The notes under the pieces are model-generated. The model was given only the letters and a program-made list of their open reading frames with translations. It searched no databases and had not been told where the DNA came from. Below are positions 62,804-64,000 of a stretch of 64,000 nt of DNA, piece by piece. The stretch is from Asterias rubens. Its lineage: Eukaryota. Position 1 is the stretch's first letter; each line of letters begins with the position of its first letter. Made by a program: the position numbers and the translations under genes. The stretch covers positions 1,736,001 to 1,800,000 of the forward strand of contig NC_047070.1 in the NCBI RefSeq assembly GCF_902459465.1. The letters are read 5' to 3'.

Positions 62804-63299
62804 TTATGGAGTAAAAGCCAGATTCATAGGAGACAATTGTCCCGATATCTCAGGATGATCGCTGATGTTTTGAGATGGTCTTGTAATTGATCCAATATCA
62901 CCCCCTCTATTGATGTTATTTGTAGAGTCCTCCTCATTAGCACGAAGCTGGGAAATCTCCGTCTGAATCGACTTGCCTTCTTCTCTCGTCTGCAAAAAAA
63001 GGAAAAGTACTTTTCAATTTCACCTATAAGTAGGATTTGCATCAACAACAAAAAAAGGTCATAGATACATTGGATTTTCACACTAATCATAACATTTTCA
63101 AACAAAGTAACTCGTAATAAATACATGTTCAGATTTTATTTGTTTATTTCCAAACGTCCAAACCTCTTGAAGGAACACTTACCTCATTATATTCACAGCA
63201 TTTATGAGCATAGTTGCTTGCTTCTTCAAAATTCCGCTTCTTGAGATGATAGTTGGCTAAGAATCGATAAGCATCACATTGCTCTTCAACCATGCCGGT
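62804..63299 (-). CDS. CDC23: cell division cycle protein 23 / APC8, 5'-partial; complement(join(62804..62989,63183..63299))
   Basis: Minus-strand exons read TGMVEEQCDAYRFLANYHLKKRNFEEASNYAHKCCEYNE|TREEGKSIQTEISQLR...LSPMNLAFTP*. This matches the recalled human CDC23 end (AFRYLAQYY...CCAFNDTREEGKALLRQILQLR...SPLNLSSVTP). Sites cttag|, GAG|gtaagt and tttgcag| are phase 0. Confidence 0.9.
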
Positions 63300-64000
63300 C
63301 TAAGATAAGGAATAAAGAATAAATGTGCCGGTTGGTCAAGAAATCCAAAGCTTAACATTAATCAATAAAATAATGAAATCTTAAAAAGCGCATAAATCCA
63401 TCAAAGTGCTCATGGCTTGTATTTGGGGCCATGAGCACTTAGATGGCATACACTATGTACAATAACCAAAATTAAAACGTAAGCCTAAGCTAAGAAGAAA
63501 TCCAGAACATGTGGTAGAAAAATACAATGCATAAATCAATGTCTATAAGAAAACATAAAAGAATGAACACAAATCTATTACATTTACATTAAGATTAGGG
63601 AAAAAAAGGAATAACGACCTACATATATTATTGAGTGCTACACGTACATAACATATCATTAAACAGTTATGCTTTCAAATATTCAAATAAAATACAGCCA
63701 TTCAATAAAATAATATTCAATATTCACATATTATAAAGATCAAGAACAGATAAATGCAATGATAAGTCAATGATATTAAAGGATTTCAAAGAGGTGTATG
63801 ATAATAAATTTGAATATAAAATAGCAATGCAAAGCTGGGGAAAATCTTAGCAAAGTAAGCTTGAGAGAAGGGAAGAGAGTAAGAAATGAACAAGAAAACA
63901 AAAAACATTATTATTACTGTTATTCATTTGGCAAAAACATTCAAAATACAAACATATAATATATAAGAAATGTCACACATAAATAAGGGAAGTCAATATG

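Overview
AT-rich, intron-containing animal genomic DNA, densely filled with short transposon relics. It is probably a deuterostome invertebrate such as a sea star; that is inferred from gene and repeat style and cannot be proven here. I reconstructed five genes by hand from GT-AG boundaries and reading phase. (1) The last two exons of an MKP-type dual-specificity phosphatase (DUSP1/2/4/5 group, +). (2) A two-exon orphan single-pass membrane glycoprotein (+). (3) A complete three-exon Not homeobox gene (+). (4) A 16-exon FAM184-family coiled-coil gene of about 1112 aa (+). (5) The last two exons of CDC23/APC8 (-), which the ORF track only partly shows. Non-coding DNA holds about 24 copies of a TTAA-flanked Kolobok-type MITE, several other TIR families, a canonical non-autonomous Helitron, tRNA-derived SINEs and four tandem arrays. 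The most unusual observations are Penelope-type remnants with minimal hammerhead-ribozyme-like motifs, a 59-bp repeat that has amplified the FAM184 stop codon, the orphan adaptor-like membrane protein, and a 25-copy palindrome/Sox/Fox minisatellite. I found no long transposase or RT ORF, no CRISPR array, no rRNA and no intact tRNA. All coordinates were counted by eye and may be off by a few bases, especially for degenerate repeats.
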